A DNA stretch of 64,000 bases from Mycoplasmatota bacterium (GCA_018394315.1 CP074575.1:1954615-2018614); one strand, 5' to 3'; numbered from the stretch's first letter, positions 7,958 through 18,115 are shown. Numbers and translations are program-made. Notes: generated by a model from the letters alone, not told the origin.

Positions 7958-9311
7958 AACCAACTATTAAATTAATTTCTGGATATTTAATTTTTTGAGC
8001 TTTTTTGTGACCTTGCATGAATAGAAGTAACGCAACAATACCGATTCTTCCTATAAACATAGTAATTATTAAAACAAATTTACTAAATGAGTTTAATCCT
8101 GCAGTGACACCTAATGATAGCCCAGTTGTCCCGAAGGCTGAAGCAACTTCGAATAAACTTTCTTTAAAAGTTATGTTGTCAAATGCTAAAATCATGAAAG
8201 TTGATGTAACCACTACAAACGTCGCAACAACAATCACTATTATCGACTTCATTACTGTCTCTGGTTTAACTGCTTTCTTATGTAGTAGTACTTGATCCCT
8301 AGATTTACTGAATGAAAATATTGAAGCCAAAACTACTAAAAAAGTAGTTGTTCTTATTCCTCCACCAGCGGAATTTGGACTTGAACCAATAAACATAAAT
8401 ACAATAAATAAAAGCAAGGTTGCATCTTTAAAATTAACTATATCCATAGTTGCAAATCCCGCATTTCTAGTAGTTAAGGACATAAATAACGAATAGAACG
8501 TTTGTTCAATTACACTTAGATCTATGAAGAAATTACCTCTTTCGATAAGAAATACTATTACTGCTCCAAGAATCCATAGCCCGACATGCATATAGACTAA
8601 TATTTTAGAAAACAAACTGAACTGAAACTTCTCTTTCTTACGTTTAGCTATAAACCAATCCTTTAATTCTACTAATGGCCAAAAACCAACTGCACCTGTA
8701 AACATCAAAAACATTGCCATCAACTGAAATACGTAATCAGCATTATATCTGAAAAGCGAATCACCAGTTATATCAAACCCTGCATTTGCAGTCATGGAAA
8801 TAGTTAAGAAGAATGCTTGAAAGAAAGATTCTCCAATTTCAAAATATCCTCTAAAGTATAAATAAAATCCCATTACTATAATCATAACAAATTCTATTGT
8901 AAAAAGAATAATCAAGACATCTCTAACTAACTTAACTACTTTGGAACTCTTGACTTGATTTTGATCAGTCACAATAAATTGTCTTTCTTTATAAGAAATG
9001 TTTTTCCCGGTGAACATCCAAAATACCGCAAGCAACATTATCAAACCAATTCCACCAAACTGAATAATGAATGCCAGAATCAATTGTCCAAATCTAGTTA
9101 GAACATCAGCTACAACTACAGTACTTAATCCAGTTGTACTCATTCCACTAACGGACACGAATAAAGCGTCAATAAATGATAATTCTTGACCCTCTTTTAA
9201 TGAAATAGGTAGCATTAATAAGACAGCACCTACAAATGTAAATAATGCGTATAATGTCACAAACCCTCTAACATAGGTTCCTAAAAATATATTTTTTATT
9301 TTCTTCTTCAT
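7956..9311 (-). CDS. ktrB: KtrB/TrkH-family K+ uptake membrane subunit
   Basis: Four pore-loop motifs (STTGLS, ANAGF, RNAGF, GTTGLS), GGGIRTTT, MFIGRIG. Confidence 0.9.
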   Translation of the reverse strand: MKKKIKNIFLGTYVRGFVTLYALFTFVGAVLLMLPISLKEGQELSFIDALFVSVSGMSTTGLSTVVVADVLTRFGQLILAFIIQFGGIGLIMLLAVFWMFTGKNISYKERQFIVTDQNQVKSSKVVKLVRDVLIILFTIEFVMIIVMGFYLYFRGYFEIGESFFQAFFLTISMTANAGFDITGDSLFRYNADYVFQLMAMFLMFTGAVGFWPLVELKDWFIAKRKKEKFQFSLFSKILVYMHVGLWILGAVIVFLIERGNFFIDLSVIEQTFYSLFMSLTTRNAGFATMDIVNFKDATLLLFIVFMFIGSSPNSAGGGIRTTTFLVVLASIFSFSKSRDQVLLHKKAVKPETVMKSIIVIVVATFVVVTSTFMILAFDNITFKESLFEVASAFGTTGLSLGVTAGLNSFSKFVLIITMFIGRIGIVALLLFMQGHKKAQKIKYPEINLIVG

Positions 9312-9312
9312 A

Positions 9313-9678
9313 CTAATTCATCTCTTTCAAATATCCATCTATCTCTTGATACATATTTTGAAAACACTCCCTAAAAATAGGAAACATGTTTTTAATTTCT
9401 TCTTCTTTTTCTGCTAATAGAATTTCTTCAAAATCTTTTGAAGTTTGATACATTTTTTTTGAACCTAAGTTTATGCTTATCCCCTTAATCGAATGCACTA
9501 GTCTTCTTGCTTCTTTATTGTCATCACTAATTGCACTTTCTAAATCTAATAGTAAATTTTTATTATTAAGTAAGAACTCTTCATAAACCTTCTTTAAAAT
9601 GAACTCAAGATTGTTCATCGTGCTTAATGCTAATTGCACATCTACCATTTTTTCCATATTCATCTTCCTTTTTCTCAT
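9313..9678 (-). CDS. Stand-alone histidine phosphotransfer (Hpt) domain protein
   Basis: ARRLVHSIKGISINLG matches the Hpt H-x-x-K-G-x-S/A motif. Confidence 0.82.
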   Translation of the reverse strand: MRKRKMNMEKMVDVQLALSTMNNLEFILKKVYEEFLLNNKNLLLDLESAISDDNKEARRLVHSIKGISINLGSKKMYQTSKDFEEILLAEKEEEIKNMFPIFRECFQNMYQEIDGYLKEMN

Positions 9679-9723
9679 TAGATTATACCATAATAAACTG
9701 ATTAATCAATATAACCAAGAGAA

Positions 9724-9747
9724 AGACAAGTGAATAATCACTTGTCT
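9724..9747 (-). terminator. Terminator of pdaA
   Basis: AGACAAGTGA-ATAA-TCACTTGTCT perfect hairpin at the stop codon. Confidence 0.65.
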
Positions 9748-10480
9748 ATTCTAAATCCGTTATTAAATTTGTTAATGGTTTAAATTTAAATTCCTTAGTT
9801 TTCAAATCTTCAATTATTCTTTCAAGTGCTAAGGTATTATCTTCTGAAACAGAATGCATCAAGATTACTGCACCATTATGAATGTTATCCATCACACTAT
9901 TGTATGCGTATTCCCATCCCCGATTAGAATTCTGATGCCAGTCGACGTGCGCTAATGACCAAAGTACTGTGACATAACCTAAATCCGTTAAGGTCTTTAA
10001 ACTTTTTGGACTGAACGTTCCTCTTGGCGGTCTAACAAATTTAAACATCTTTGAATTAGTTATCTCAAAATATTTATTTTCTATCTTCGAGAGCTCTAAT
10101 TCCACTTCTTTACTAGTAATTGAAGTTAAATCGGGATGACTCCAAGTATGATTACCTACTATATGACCTTCATCATACATTCTTTTTATCAACTCAGGAT
10201 GCTTTCTCATAAAGTGACCCGTCACAAAAAATGTTGCTGGTACATTTTCCTCAATTAGAACATCTAAAAGAGTACTTGTGTTTCCTGTCTCATAGCCTGT
10301 ATCGAATGTTAAGTAAACATCTTTTGTGGATGTGTCACCAATATATATCACATCGTAAGGTGAAATTATCTCTTCATATTTACCTATACTTGGTGGTTCA
10401 TTCCCATTTTTTTTATATCCCCATCCATAAGAATTAGCAGTTGCTAACAGAATGAGAGATACACCAACAAACAATTTCAT
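9746..10480 (-). CDS. pdaA: Polysaccharide deacetylase, PdaA-like (muramic delta-lactam biosynthetic N-deacetylase)
   Basis: YLTFDTGYETG, GNHTWSHPD, RPPRG, WSLAHVDW, GWEYAY, LMHSVS: the PdaA-subfamily pattern; signal peptide. Confidence 0.8.
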   Translation of the reverse strand: MKLFVGVSLILLATANSYGWGYKKNGNEPPSIGKYEEIISPYDVIYIGDTSTKDVYLTFDTGYETGNTSTLLDVLIEENVPATFFVTGHFMRKHPELIKRMYDEGHIVGNHTWSHPDLTSITSKEVELELSKIENKYFEITNSKMFKFVRPPRGTFSPKSLKTLTDLGYVTVLWSLAHVDWHQNSNRGWEYAYNSVMDNIHNGAVILMHSVSEDNTLALERIIEDLKTKEFKFKPLTNLITDLE

Positions 10481-10532
10481 TAAATCACTCCTTTGGTGTA
10501 TCTATTATTATTATGTTCTTTATCAAAATAAA

Positions 10533-11381
10533 CTAACCTTGAATTTTTTTCCTATTGATTGATGCATTAATTATTATACCTAAATGCAAAATATACGATA
10601 ATACGAAAACCCAAATAAACAGCGCTATAACACTTGAGAAAGGACCAAATTTTGATTGATAATCAGCAATATCTCTTACATAAATCAAAAATAAAGTTGA
10701 GAAAATATACCAACCTAAAGTAATGAATATTGCTCCATAAAATTGATTTCTAAATCTAGTCCTGTAAGGAACAATAAATGTTAATATAAATATTAACAAA
10801 ATTAAAATTACAAGTGGAAATCCTAAAAACTTAATATAATTATATACAACTAAAATACTAGGTAAGTCACTTAAAAGATTACGTAAATAGTCATTAGTGA
10901 CAAAAGATAATCCAATAAGTATTATAAAAACTATTATAAATCCTAATGTTATTATTAAGGAAATAAGTCTAGTAATAAATGGATTTCTTTTCTTTTTTTC
11001 ATGATAAATTATCTCAGCTGTCTGCATAATACTATTAAAAGCCATACTAGCTCCCCATAGCATCAAAAAGACAAAACTGACTAGCAAAAATCCATCCAAG
11101 ATACTTGTACTCTCAAAGAAGTCGTGGATATATTCAGAAATGAAAGACGGTACATTTTCATCAATATAATCTAAAAATTGAATAACTGGAATTAATCTAG
11201 ATGTAATTATTAATTGAAACATCAAATATATCATTGGAATCGCAGCCCAAATAATGAAAAAACTGACACTTGCACTCAATAATGTTATGTCGTACTTCGG
11301 TAAAGACTTATTAAATTTTTTAATCATCTCTAAAAGTTTCATTCTATCACTTCTATCATTTGTTATTATTTTTAACAACAA
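10533..11381 (-). CDS. YihY/BrkB-family membrane protein
   Basis: SASVSFF, WGAS.AF, Y...FGPFSSVIALFIWVF...G..IN pattern. True start may be MKLLEM. Confidence 0.8.
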   Translation of the reverse strand: MLLKIITNDRSDRMKLLEMIKKFNKSLPKYDITLLSASVSFFIIWAAIPMIYLMFQLIITSRLIPVIQFLDYIDENVPSFISEYIHDFFESTSILDGFLLVSFVFLMLWGASMAFNSIMQTAEIIYHEKKKRNPFITRLISLIITLGFIIVFIILIGLSFVTNDYLRNLLSDLPSILVVYNYIKFLGFPLVILILLIFILTFIVPYRTRFRNQFYGAIFITLGWYIFSTLFLIYVRDIADYQSKFGPFSSVIALFIWVFVLSYILHLGIIINASINRKKIQG

Positions 11382-11556
11382 TTATCATATTATTAGTCTT
11401 GATTTATTATAAATAATTTAAAATTAATGTAGAAAGAAAATATGCAAAATTACGTAAATTTAACTAGATTACTTAACAAGTATAAATAAGTAATTCCTCT
11501 TTAAAAAATAAGACCTAATGATAAAGGTAATTATAAACAATGTAAAACGCTTCTTT

Positions 11557-12150
11557 TTAAGCGCTTTCTCCAAAATTATTATAAAAAATTATATCTGATA
11601 AATTCTTTTTCTTTCTAGTAACAACTTGATTAACTTTAGGATAACCAAAAGCAATTATTTCAGATGCTATTACATTATTTGGTAAGCCTAATAAATCTGA
11701 GACTTTTTCTACATCAAAGTATGAAACCCAAGTTGAGTATACTCCTTCTTCGATTGCTCGCAATATCATGTGAGATCCAAGGATTTTTGTTTGATGTTCC
11801 TCACAATTTATAAAAGAGTAAAAGTCTTTTTTCATCTGATCAATTTCTTTTTCAAAACGAGGAAATCTAGCTTTTTGAATTCTTCTTCCGTCAATATCAT
11901 CACCAACTATGACAGTGCAAAGAACAATCAATAAGGGAGCAGTAACTAACCAGTTTTGTTTATATGCAAAATTTGAGATCTTTGAAATCAGATTCTTATC
12001 TTGAATAACTCCAAACTTCCAAGATTGCTCATTTCCACCTGATGGAGATAGTCTACCAGCTTCTAAAATTGAATTAGTTATATCATCAGGAATTTTCTTA
12101 TTTTCGAACTTTCTAACACTACATCTCTTTTTTAGTAATTCAATAATCAT
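11557..12150 (-). CDS. Nitroreductase family protein
   Basis: RCSVRKF, AGRLSPSGGNEQSWKF, IAFGYP. Confidence 0.88.
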   Translation of the reverse strand: MIIELLKKRCSVRKFENKKIPDDITNSILEAGRLSPSGGNEQSWKFGVIQDKNLISKISNFAYKQNWLVTAPLLIVLCTVIVGDDIDGRRIQKARFPRFEKEIDQMKKDFYSFINCEEHQTKILGSHMILRAIEEGVYSTWVSYFDVEKVSDLLGLPNNVIASEIIAFGYPKVNQVVTRKKKNLSDIIFYNNFGESA

Positions 12151-12319
12151 ATATTATTACCTCGCATCTTAACAACTTTAATTTATTATATTAAGAAGAA
12201 AAAGAAATCAATTATTCATCTGATATTTATATAAAATTCCTTATTCTTCTTGCAATTACTTTTATTTATCAATATATAAAATAATCTTATCTTTATTCAA
12301 ACAATTAACCAAGCAATCT

Positions 12320-12757
12320 CTATTGTTTAGTAGTAATCTTTACAGTATTTATATCTTCTACAGGAAGCCAATCATCCATGTTTCCGTAGTCACTTTTATC
12401 AATTAGAAATGAATCAACTTTAGAAACATTAGCAATTTCGATCAACACTAGATATCTTTTACCTGCCCATTTTTTATATCGTGATGTGCCTAAATTTAAT
12501 TTTAACTGGTTATCATCAACTAAGGCTATTGAATCTTCTTGAGACAATTTTTCAGAGTTATAAACATTGCTAACAGTAGCTTTCGCCTTGATTAATCCAT
12601 CCGCGTTATTTTCAATAAAGTATAAATCGTCTCCTATAAATACTCTACCATATGGTAATTTTCTACCAGTTGCTCCTCTGATAATCATTGTCATTGATCC
12701 ATCAATGATTTTATCCAATTCCCTTGTTTTCGCATCAACATATACAATATGATCCAT
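12320..12757 (-). CDS. Hypothetical protein, possibly ASCH/PUA-like fold
   Basis: AGGAGG RBS; I.DG..T...R....P...V..GD.LYF pattern resembles ASCH. Confidence 0.55.
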   Translation of the reverse strand: MDHIVYVDAKTRELDKIIDGSMTMIIRGATGRKLPYGRVFIGDDLYFIENNADGLIKAKATVSNVYNSEKLSQEDSIALVDDNQLKLNLGTSRYKKWAGKRYLVLIEIANVSKVDSFLIDKSDYGNMDDWLPVEDINTVKITTKQ

Positions 12758-12860
12758 TTCATTCCTCCTTTTATCAATAGAATTCGTATTTACTTTATTT
12801 AAGAAATGTCTTTCCTACTTGAGTTAACTTATACCTCTTAGAATTTAGTTGATATCTCTC

Positions 12861-13811
12861 TTAAAATGCTGCTTCTTCGCCGACGAAAACTCTATATACA
12901 ATACCTCTTTGATAATCTGCTATATACACATAATTTCTATCATCGCCTATTTTACCAAAAGCAATACCGGTAGCATAACCGAACGCTTTTGTACAAATCT
13001 CTTGTATGTTACCATCTAAATCTAATCTTACTAAAGAGCCTTCTCTAAAGATTGTAATATATATATTCCCTTTACTATCTAATTCTAAATGATCTGGTTC
13101 TAGTAATCCACTAATTACAGTTTCAGGTTCTCCCGCAGTTCCATCAGATTCTAAAGGGTATTTCATAATCAGCCCTTGCTTCATCTTAGCTATATAAAGA
13201 TTTTGATAATCTTTATCAAATGTTAGACCTGTAATGTACCATCCTCTGAATAATCTGTTTTGATCAATATCACTGTCAATAAAAATGCTTTTCTGTAAAT
13301 CTGGTGTAACCTTATATACTCTGTTTTCAAAGGAATCCGTAACATATATATTTCCCTTTAAGTCTAATCTCACATCATCAGCACATGTAAAATCTGAAGC
13401 TAATGTTTCTATGTCTCCCTTTTTATCTATTTTAACTAGTTTATCTTTTCCTGCAACGTAAAGGCTGTTTTCATTGTCGATTGTCATACATAATAGCTCC
13501 TCGCAAGGTACTTTAGCAAAATCTGTTACATTACCAGCTTGATCTATCTTATATATTGTATTTGTGTTTCTACTTCCAACAAATATATTACCTGAGTAAT
13601 CAACTACGATACCATCTGCTCCAGAAATACCACTTGCTACAACATCTATTTTGCCTATTTCTATAGTATCGTCACTAATTTCTTGAGGATTTTCAATAAG
13701 ATTTTCTTCAATATTTATTGTATTACTGTTTTCCTCAACGGAAGTATTTCTACACCCTATTAAGGCTAAAACTGTTACTATAGTCGTTAGAATACTTATA
13801 TACTTTTTCAT
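12861..13811 (-). CDS. SMP-30/gluconolactonase-like beta-propeller lipoprotein
   Basis: Lipobox LIGC; repeated D..GNIYV(T/G) blades, PDHLELD. Confidence 0.75.
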   Translation of the reverse strand: MKKYISILTTIVTVLALIGCRNTSVEENSNTINIEENLIENPQEISDDTIEIGKIDVVASGISGADGIVVDYSGNIFVGSRNTNTIYKIDQAGNVTDFAKVPCEELLCMTIDNENSLYVAGKDKLVKIDKKGDIETLASDFTCADDVRLDLKGNIYVTDSFENRVYKVTPDLQKSIFIDSDIDQNRLFRGWYITGLTFDKDYQNLYIAKMKQGLIMKYPLESDGTAGEPETVISGLLEPDHLELDSKGNIYITIFREGSLVRLDLDGNIQEICTKAFGYATGIAFGKIGDDRNYVYIADYQRGIVYRVFVGEEAAF

Positions 13812-14205
13812 TGTTACCCCTCTTTCCTATTTTAATTCCAGACCGTTTCTATTCATCATTATCAATCATCAGAACGATGATACTTATTTCAATTATAAGA
13901 CATAGCAACTTAGAACACATATCCCTTGGCTTTTAGCTAATTCAAAATCATCTTTTTCTGTCTCGAGGATTATACGCCTTATACTATTTACTATATTTTA
14001 CCATACTGATGAATGTAATAATAGCACCTCATAAAGCTGATTACACATACTAGCATTGTAAGTTTTCCCAAGATCGTTATCTATATTAGCAACATAGTCA
14101 GCGACATAATAAGATATTAATAGATATCTTTTTTTAATGTTTTTGCTATTCCTCAATTTCATTATCCATCGCTGCACTGAATTGTTAAGTAATAAATACT
14201 AGACT

Positions 14206-14240
14206 AAAAAAAACTGATGGAATTAGATTCAACCAGTTTT
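14206..14240 (-). terminator. Terminator of rlmD
   Basis: AAAACTG...CAGTTTT stem with a poly-U tail on the minus strand. Confidence 0.55.
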
Positions 14241-15531
14241 AATCATCACATTTTCTTTTAAGTACTGCACAACACTCTACGTGAAAAGTTTGAGGAAACA
14301 TATCGAATGGCGTTACTTCTATAACATCATAATAATCGTTTAGAAACTTTATATCTCGAGCTAATGTTGAAACGTTGCAAGAAATATAAACAATGTCATC
14401 AATATTATTATCGATTAAGCTTTGCAAGAATGCCTCTCCACACCCTTTTCTTGGTGGATCAGTTATAACTACATCAACTTCATTAGAGATTATATTTGAG
14501 ATTACGTCCTCAGCCTTTCCTAAATAAAATTCAATATTATCTACTTCATTGTTCTTTGCATTTTCTCTTGCGGATTCTACAGCTGCTTCAACTACTTCTA
14601 TTCCATACACTCTTTTTGCATTTTTCGCAAAACTGAGACCAATACTCCCAATTCCAGAGTAAGCATCCACAACAACTTTATTCTTTAGAGAAACGGATTC
14701 AATCGCCTTCTTATAAAGTTTTTCTGTTTGTTCACTATTTATTTGATAAAAACTCTTATGATTAATCTTATAGACATTTTCTAATAGATAATCTACATAA
14801 AAATCCTCTCCATATAGTACTTTACTTTTCTTACCTAAAATAACATTTGTTTTTTCATTATTGATATTATTTATAATAGATACTATATTTGGGAATTCTT
14901 TTAATATCTCACTCAAATCATCTAGCTTTATTTCCATTCTACTGATGATGACAAGCATAAATTGATCTTTATAATAACTATTTCTGATAAGTACATTTCT
15001 TATTAACTTACTTACTGGTAATTTCTTGATGAACTTAATTATGTCTAAACCTTCACGGTTTAATATGTGACATTCCTCTATGTCAATAATGTCATGTGTA
15101 CCCTTTTTATATAATCCAGCTTTATTATCAGCAAAAGGAATAATTAATTTGTTGCGGTAATTATAAGGATGCTCCATTCCAACACAACTATTGATTTTAG
15201 TATCAACTCCGCCTATCCTTTTTAACGTTTCCTTAACATGATTAGTCTTAAACCTAAGTTGCTCCTGATAACTCATATGCATTAAGTGGCACCCACCACA
15301 TTCTCCATAATATTTACATTTTGGTTCTACTCTTTCTTTCACGCCATTTATAATTTCTACAATCTTACCGAATGCCAAGTTCTTCTTAAGATTAGTTATT
15401 TCAACTATTAATATTTCTCCCATAACCGCATTTGAGACGAAAATAGGAAAATTATCTACTTTCCCTACACCTAATCCATCATATGTATAATCAATTATTT
15501 CAACCTTATAATATTTATTTTTATCTAACAA
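14239..15531 (-). CDS. rlmD: 23S rRNA (uracil-5)-methyltransferase RlmD/RumA
   Basis: TRAM domain, C-x5-CGGC Fe-S motif, FYQIN, DAYSGIG, DPPRKG, YISCN, DMFPQTFHVE. Confidence 0.95.
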   Translation of the reverse strand: MLDKNKYYKVEIIDYTYDGLGVGKVDNFPIFVSNAVMGEILIVEITNLKKNLAFGKIVEIINGVKERVEPKCKYYGECGGCHLMHMSYQEQLRFKTNHVKETLKRIGGVDTKINSCVGMEHPYNYRNKLIIPFADNKAGLYKKGTHDIIDIEECHILNREGLDIIKFIKKLPVSKLIRNVLIRNSYYKDQFMLVIISRMEIKLDDLSEILKEFPNIVSIINNINNEKTNVILGKKSKVLYGEDFYVDYLLENVYKINHKSFYQINSEQTEKLYKKAIESVSLKNKVVVDAYSGIGSIGLSFAKNAKRVYGIEVVEAAVESARENAKNNEVDNIEFYLGKAEDVISNIISNEVDVVITDPPRKGCGEAFLQSLIDNNIDDIVYISCNVSTLARDIKFLNDYYDVIEVTPFDMFPQTFHVECCAVLKRKCDD

Positions 15532-15563
15532 AAAATCGCACCTTCTCTTATTTAGTAGAATAC

Positions 15564-16115
15564 TTACTCTTTAATACTTCTTCTTAATCTAAAATACACT
15601 TTAATCATTTTAAACATTGCAAACATATGAAGACCAGTTACGATTAATAGAATTACTCTAGAAAAGATGTAAAATTTAGAGTATTCAGAACCACCAAAAT
15701 CTATTTTTTCTAATAAAGGAAAGAATATAAGAGTCTGGTAATAAAGAGGAAAGCCTGTTATAGCTAAAAATACTAGTAAACGTTTATATTTTGCTCTTTT
15801 TGATTCGTTATTACTAAAAATTGTTATATCAGTATCCTCTTCCCACTCTCTAGAAAAATAATACCATCCACTGAACTTACAAACTAGGTCCCATCCTGAG
15901 TCCCTATACAACTGTAGATACTCCTCTTCACCCATATTATCAAAACTCTTAAAATCAAATTGGTATATTAACTTTCTAGGAATATCTTCTTCAAAAGTAT
16001 ACTTACCTAATTGTACCTTTTCAAGTCTATACCCTTTCATTGCCATATCCTCTAAAAAAAGTTTTTCCTTATCTTCATTCCAAGCAAAGAATATCTTTCT
16101 CACTACCTTTTTCAT
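15564..16115 (-). CDS. DUF2812-type membrane protein
   Basis: E..FLEDMAMKGY.L, Y..LY.DSGW......GWYYF; typical PadR partner. Confidence 0.8.
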   Translation of the reverse strand: MKKVVRKIFFAWNEDKEKLFLEDMAMKGYRLEKVQLGKYTFEEDIPRKLIYQFDFKSFDNMGEEEYLQLYRDSGWDLVCKFSGWYYFSREWEEDTDITIFSNNESKRAKYKRLLVFLAITGFPLYYQTLIFFPLLEKIDFGGSEYSKFYIFSRVILLIVTGLHMFAMFKMIKVYFRLRRSIKE

Positions 16116-16438
16116 TATTCCCCTCCAATCTCTTTTATTCCATTATCTATCATCTCTTTTAACCTCTCTAATTCATGTTCTATGAGAGATCTACCTAAAC
16201 TTGTAACTTCATACAATTTTCTTCTTTTATTATCTTTATCCTCACCTATTGAAGCTATAAGTTTATTCTTTAATAAAGTACTAATCGCACCATACAAGGT
16301 ACCAGCAGCTAGCTTAACTCTTCCTTTACTCATTTCCTCTACTTTCTTAATTATTCCATATCCATGTAACGGATTTAGTAAGGATAGTAAAATATAATAA
16401 GTTGCTTCCGTTAAAGGTGAGAATTTTTTAAACTCCAT
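16115..16438 (-). CDS. PadR-family transcriptional regulator
   Basis: LTEATYYILLSL..PLHGYGI, AGTLY, RRKLYEVT..GR. Confidence 0.92.
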   Translation of the reverse strand: MEFKKFSPLTEATYYILLSLLNPLHGYGIIKKVEEMSKGRVKLAAGTLYGAISTLLKNKLIASIGEDKDNKRRKLYEVTSLGRSLIEHELERLKEMIDNGIKEIGGE

Positions 16439-16454
16439 AACGCACCTCCTGTAT

Positions 16455-16502
16455 TATATCGTTACACTCTATATCGTTTAACTATATATCGTCCTTCTAT
16501 AT
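16455..16502. repeat. 15-bp-period tandem repeats (TATATCG core), putative PadR operator array
   Basis: TATATCG at 16455, 16470 and 16485, immediately upstream of the padR RBS. Confidence 0.65.
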
Positions 16503-16654
16503 AATATCATATGTAGGTTTCTTGGTCAAAATAATAAATTAAGAGAAAATTATATATTCGACTAGTCTAAAATCGACATTCTTCCTTAAATAATTTGTAC
16601 TCTTTAAAAAAATTAGTTATCTTCTCTTATAATTTAAAATAATTCTTCTTGACA

Positions 16655-16698
16655 TTGACAGTATTTTCATGTATTCTATAATTAAATAACACCCGTTA
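16655..16698 (+). promoter_or_regulatory. Sigma-A promoter of the tetR gene with a putative operator
   Basis: TTGACA-16 nt-TATAAT (16655-16682), followed by TAAC-N4-GTTA (16687-16698). Confidence 0.65.
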
Positions 16699-16716
16699 CG
16701 AAAAGGAGTTTTAATT

Positions 16717-17283
16717 TTGGCTAGAAGAAAAGAATTCAGTAAAAAAGATATATTAGGTGCAGCATTTGAAATTGCGTGCAGAGATGGGTTAGAAGGTACT
16801 AGTATGCGAAAAATAGCTACTTTGTTGGGAAGTTCGGTTGCTCCGCTCTATATTAGTTATACGAACCGTGAAGAACTAATTAAGGAGATAGTAGCTAAAG
16901 CCCACAATGAAGTATTTAAGTTTCAAGAAGAAAAAATTTCAGAAAATAGTTATTACCAAAGGGGAGAATCATTACTTTTAGTCGCAAAGAAGTATCCTAA
17001 ACTATTTGTTGATGTTATAAGTTATGATAGCAAGAATGAACCTGATCAGAAATTAATTAGTACACTTCTTTCAATTATGAGAAAAGATGATAAATTGTGT
17101 AATTTTTCTGACAATCAGCTATTAAGAATCCATTCTAAAATTGATTTATTTATTTTCGGAGTAATAAGCGCTTTATACTCTGGATTATTACCATCAGATG
17201 CAACCGACAAATATCTTCTTGATCTAATTAGAACGACACAAGATGATATAGTTACCGGTGAAATAAAAAGAAATTCTTTATAG
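16717..17283 (+). CDS. TetR/AcrR-family regulator
   Basis: ILGAAFEI...GLEGTSMRKIA..LG.S..PLY HTH. Confidence 0.9.
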   Translation: MARRKEFSKKDILGAAFEIACRDGLEGTSMRKIATLLGSSVAPLYISYTNREELIKEIVAKAHNEVFKFQEEKISENSYYQRGESLLLVAKKYPKLFVDVISYDSKNEPDQKLISTLLSIMRKDDKLCNFSDNQLLRIHSKIDLFIFGVISALYSGLLPSDATDKYLLDLIRTTQDDIVTGEIKRNSL

Positions 17284-17367
17284 ATAATATCCAATACTGA
17301 AAACATAAATGACATTGATTATTAATAATCAATAAAGACCCTTTTAGTAATAGAAAGGAAAAAAAAT

Positions 17368-18081
17368 ATGAAAGTTATAGTTATTAATGGGAGCCCAAAA
17401 ACAAATGGAGGAAACACTCAGATAATTGTTAATTCATTTACTGAAGGTTTAAAAAAAGGTAACGCTAAAGTAAAAGAATATCATTTATCGAACAAGGATG
17501 TTAATCACTGCACAGGTTGTTTCGATTGTTGGACGAAGCATCCTGGAACATGTAAATTTAAAGACGACATGCCTAAAATGATTTATGACCTCTTAGACTC
17601 GGATTATTGCATATTATCAACTCCAGTTTATGGAGCACTAATGACAGGATATTTAAAGAATTTTCTAGATAGATTATTACCACTCGCAAGCCCATACATT
17701 TCAAAAAATGAAGATGGGACATTTTATCACGAAGGTAGAGTTTGTAAATATCCTAGATTTATTATAATTTCTACTGCAGGATTTCCTGGAGACAGGAACT
17801 TCGATTTTATTAAGGCATATTTTGATAATTTAAAACCAGTATTTGAGATTTATAGAAATTCAGCAGGAGTTTTAGATGCCACAAGAAGTGATGGTGAAGA
17901 ATTGTACAATACTATTGAAGAATTCAAAAAAAGTGTTAAAGAAGCTGGTTATGAATTTGCATTGAACACAAAAATCCAACAAAGCACCATAGACTCTATA
18001 AATAGAAGATTGCTTAGTGACGATGAATACATGAAAATTGTAAATAACTATTGGGATGAAAATGTAAAGGAAGCTAGTTAA
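17368..18081 (+). CDS. Iron-sulfur flavoprotein / multimeric flavodoxin family
   Basis: INGSPK..GNT, CTGCFDCW.....C cluster motif, STPVY, LKNFLDR. Confidence 0.87.
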   Translation: MKVIVINGSPKTNGGNTQIIVNSFTEGLKKGNAKVKEYHLSNKDVNHCTGCFDCWTKHPGTCKFKDDMPKMIYDLLDSDYCILSTPVYGALMTGYLKNFLDRLLPLASPYISKNEDGTFYHEGRVCKYPRFIIISTAGFPGDRNFDFIKAYFDNLKPVFEIYRNSAGVLDATRSDGEELYNTIEEFKKSVKEAGYEFALNTKIQQSTIDSINRRLLSDDEYMKIVNNYWDENVKEAS

Positions 18082-18115
18082 TCAAAATGAAGTGCCTCAA
18101 GATAATAAAAATAAG

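Noticed and set aside
13830..14200. Possible decayed gene or ncRNA in the gap downstream of rlmD
   Set aside because: Only short ORF scraps without recognisable motifs and one small palindrome; nothing can be assigned
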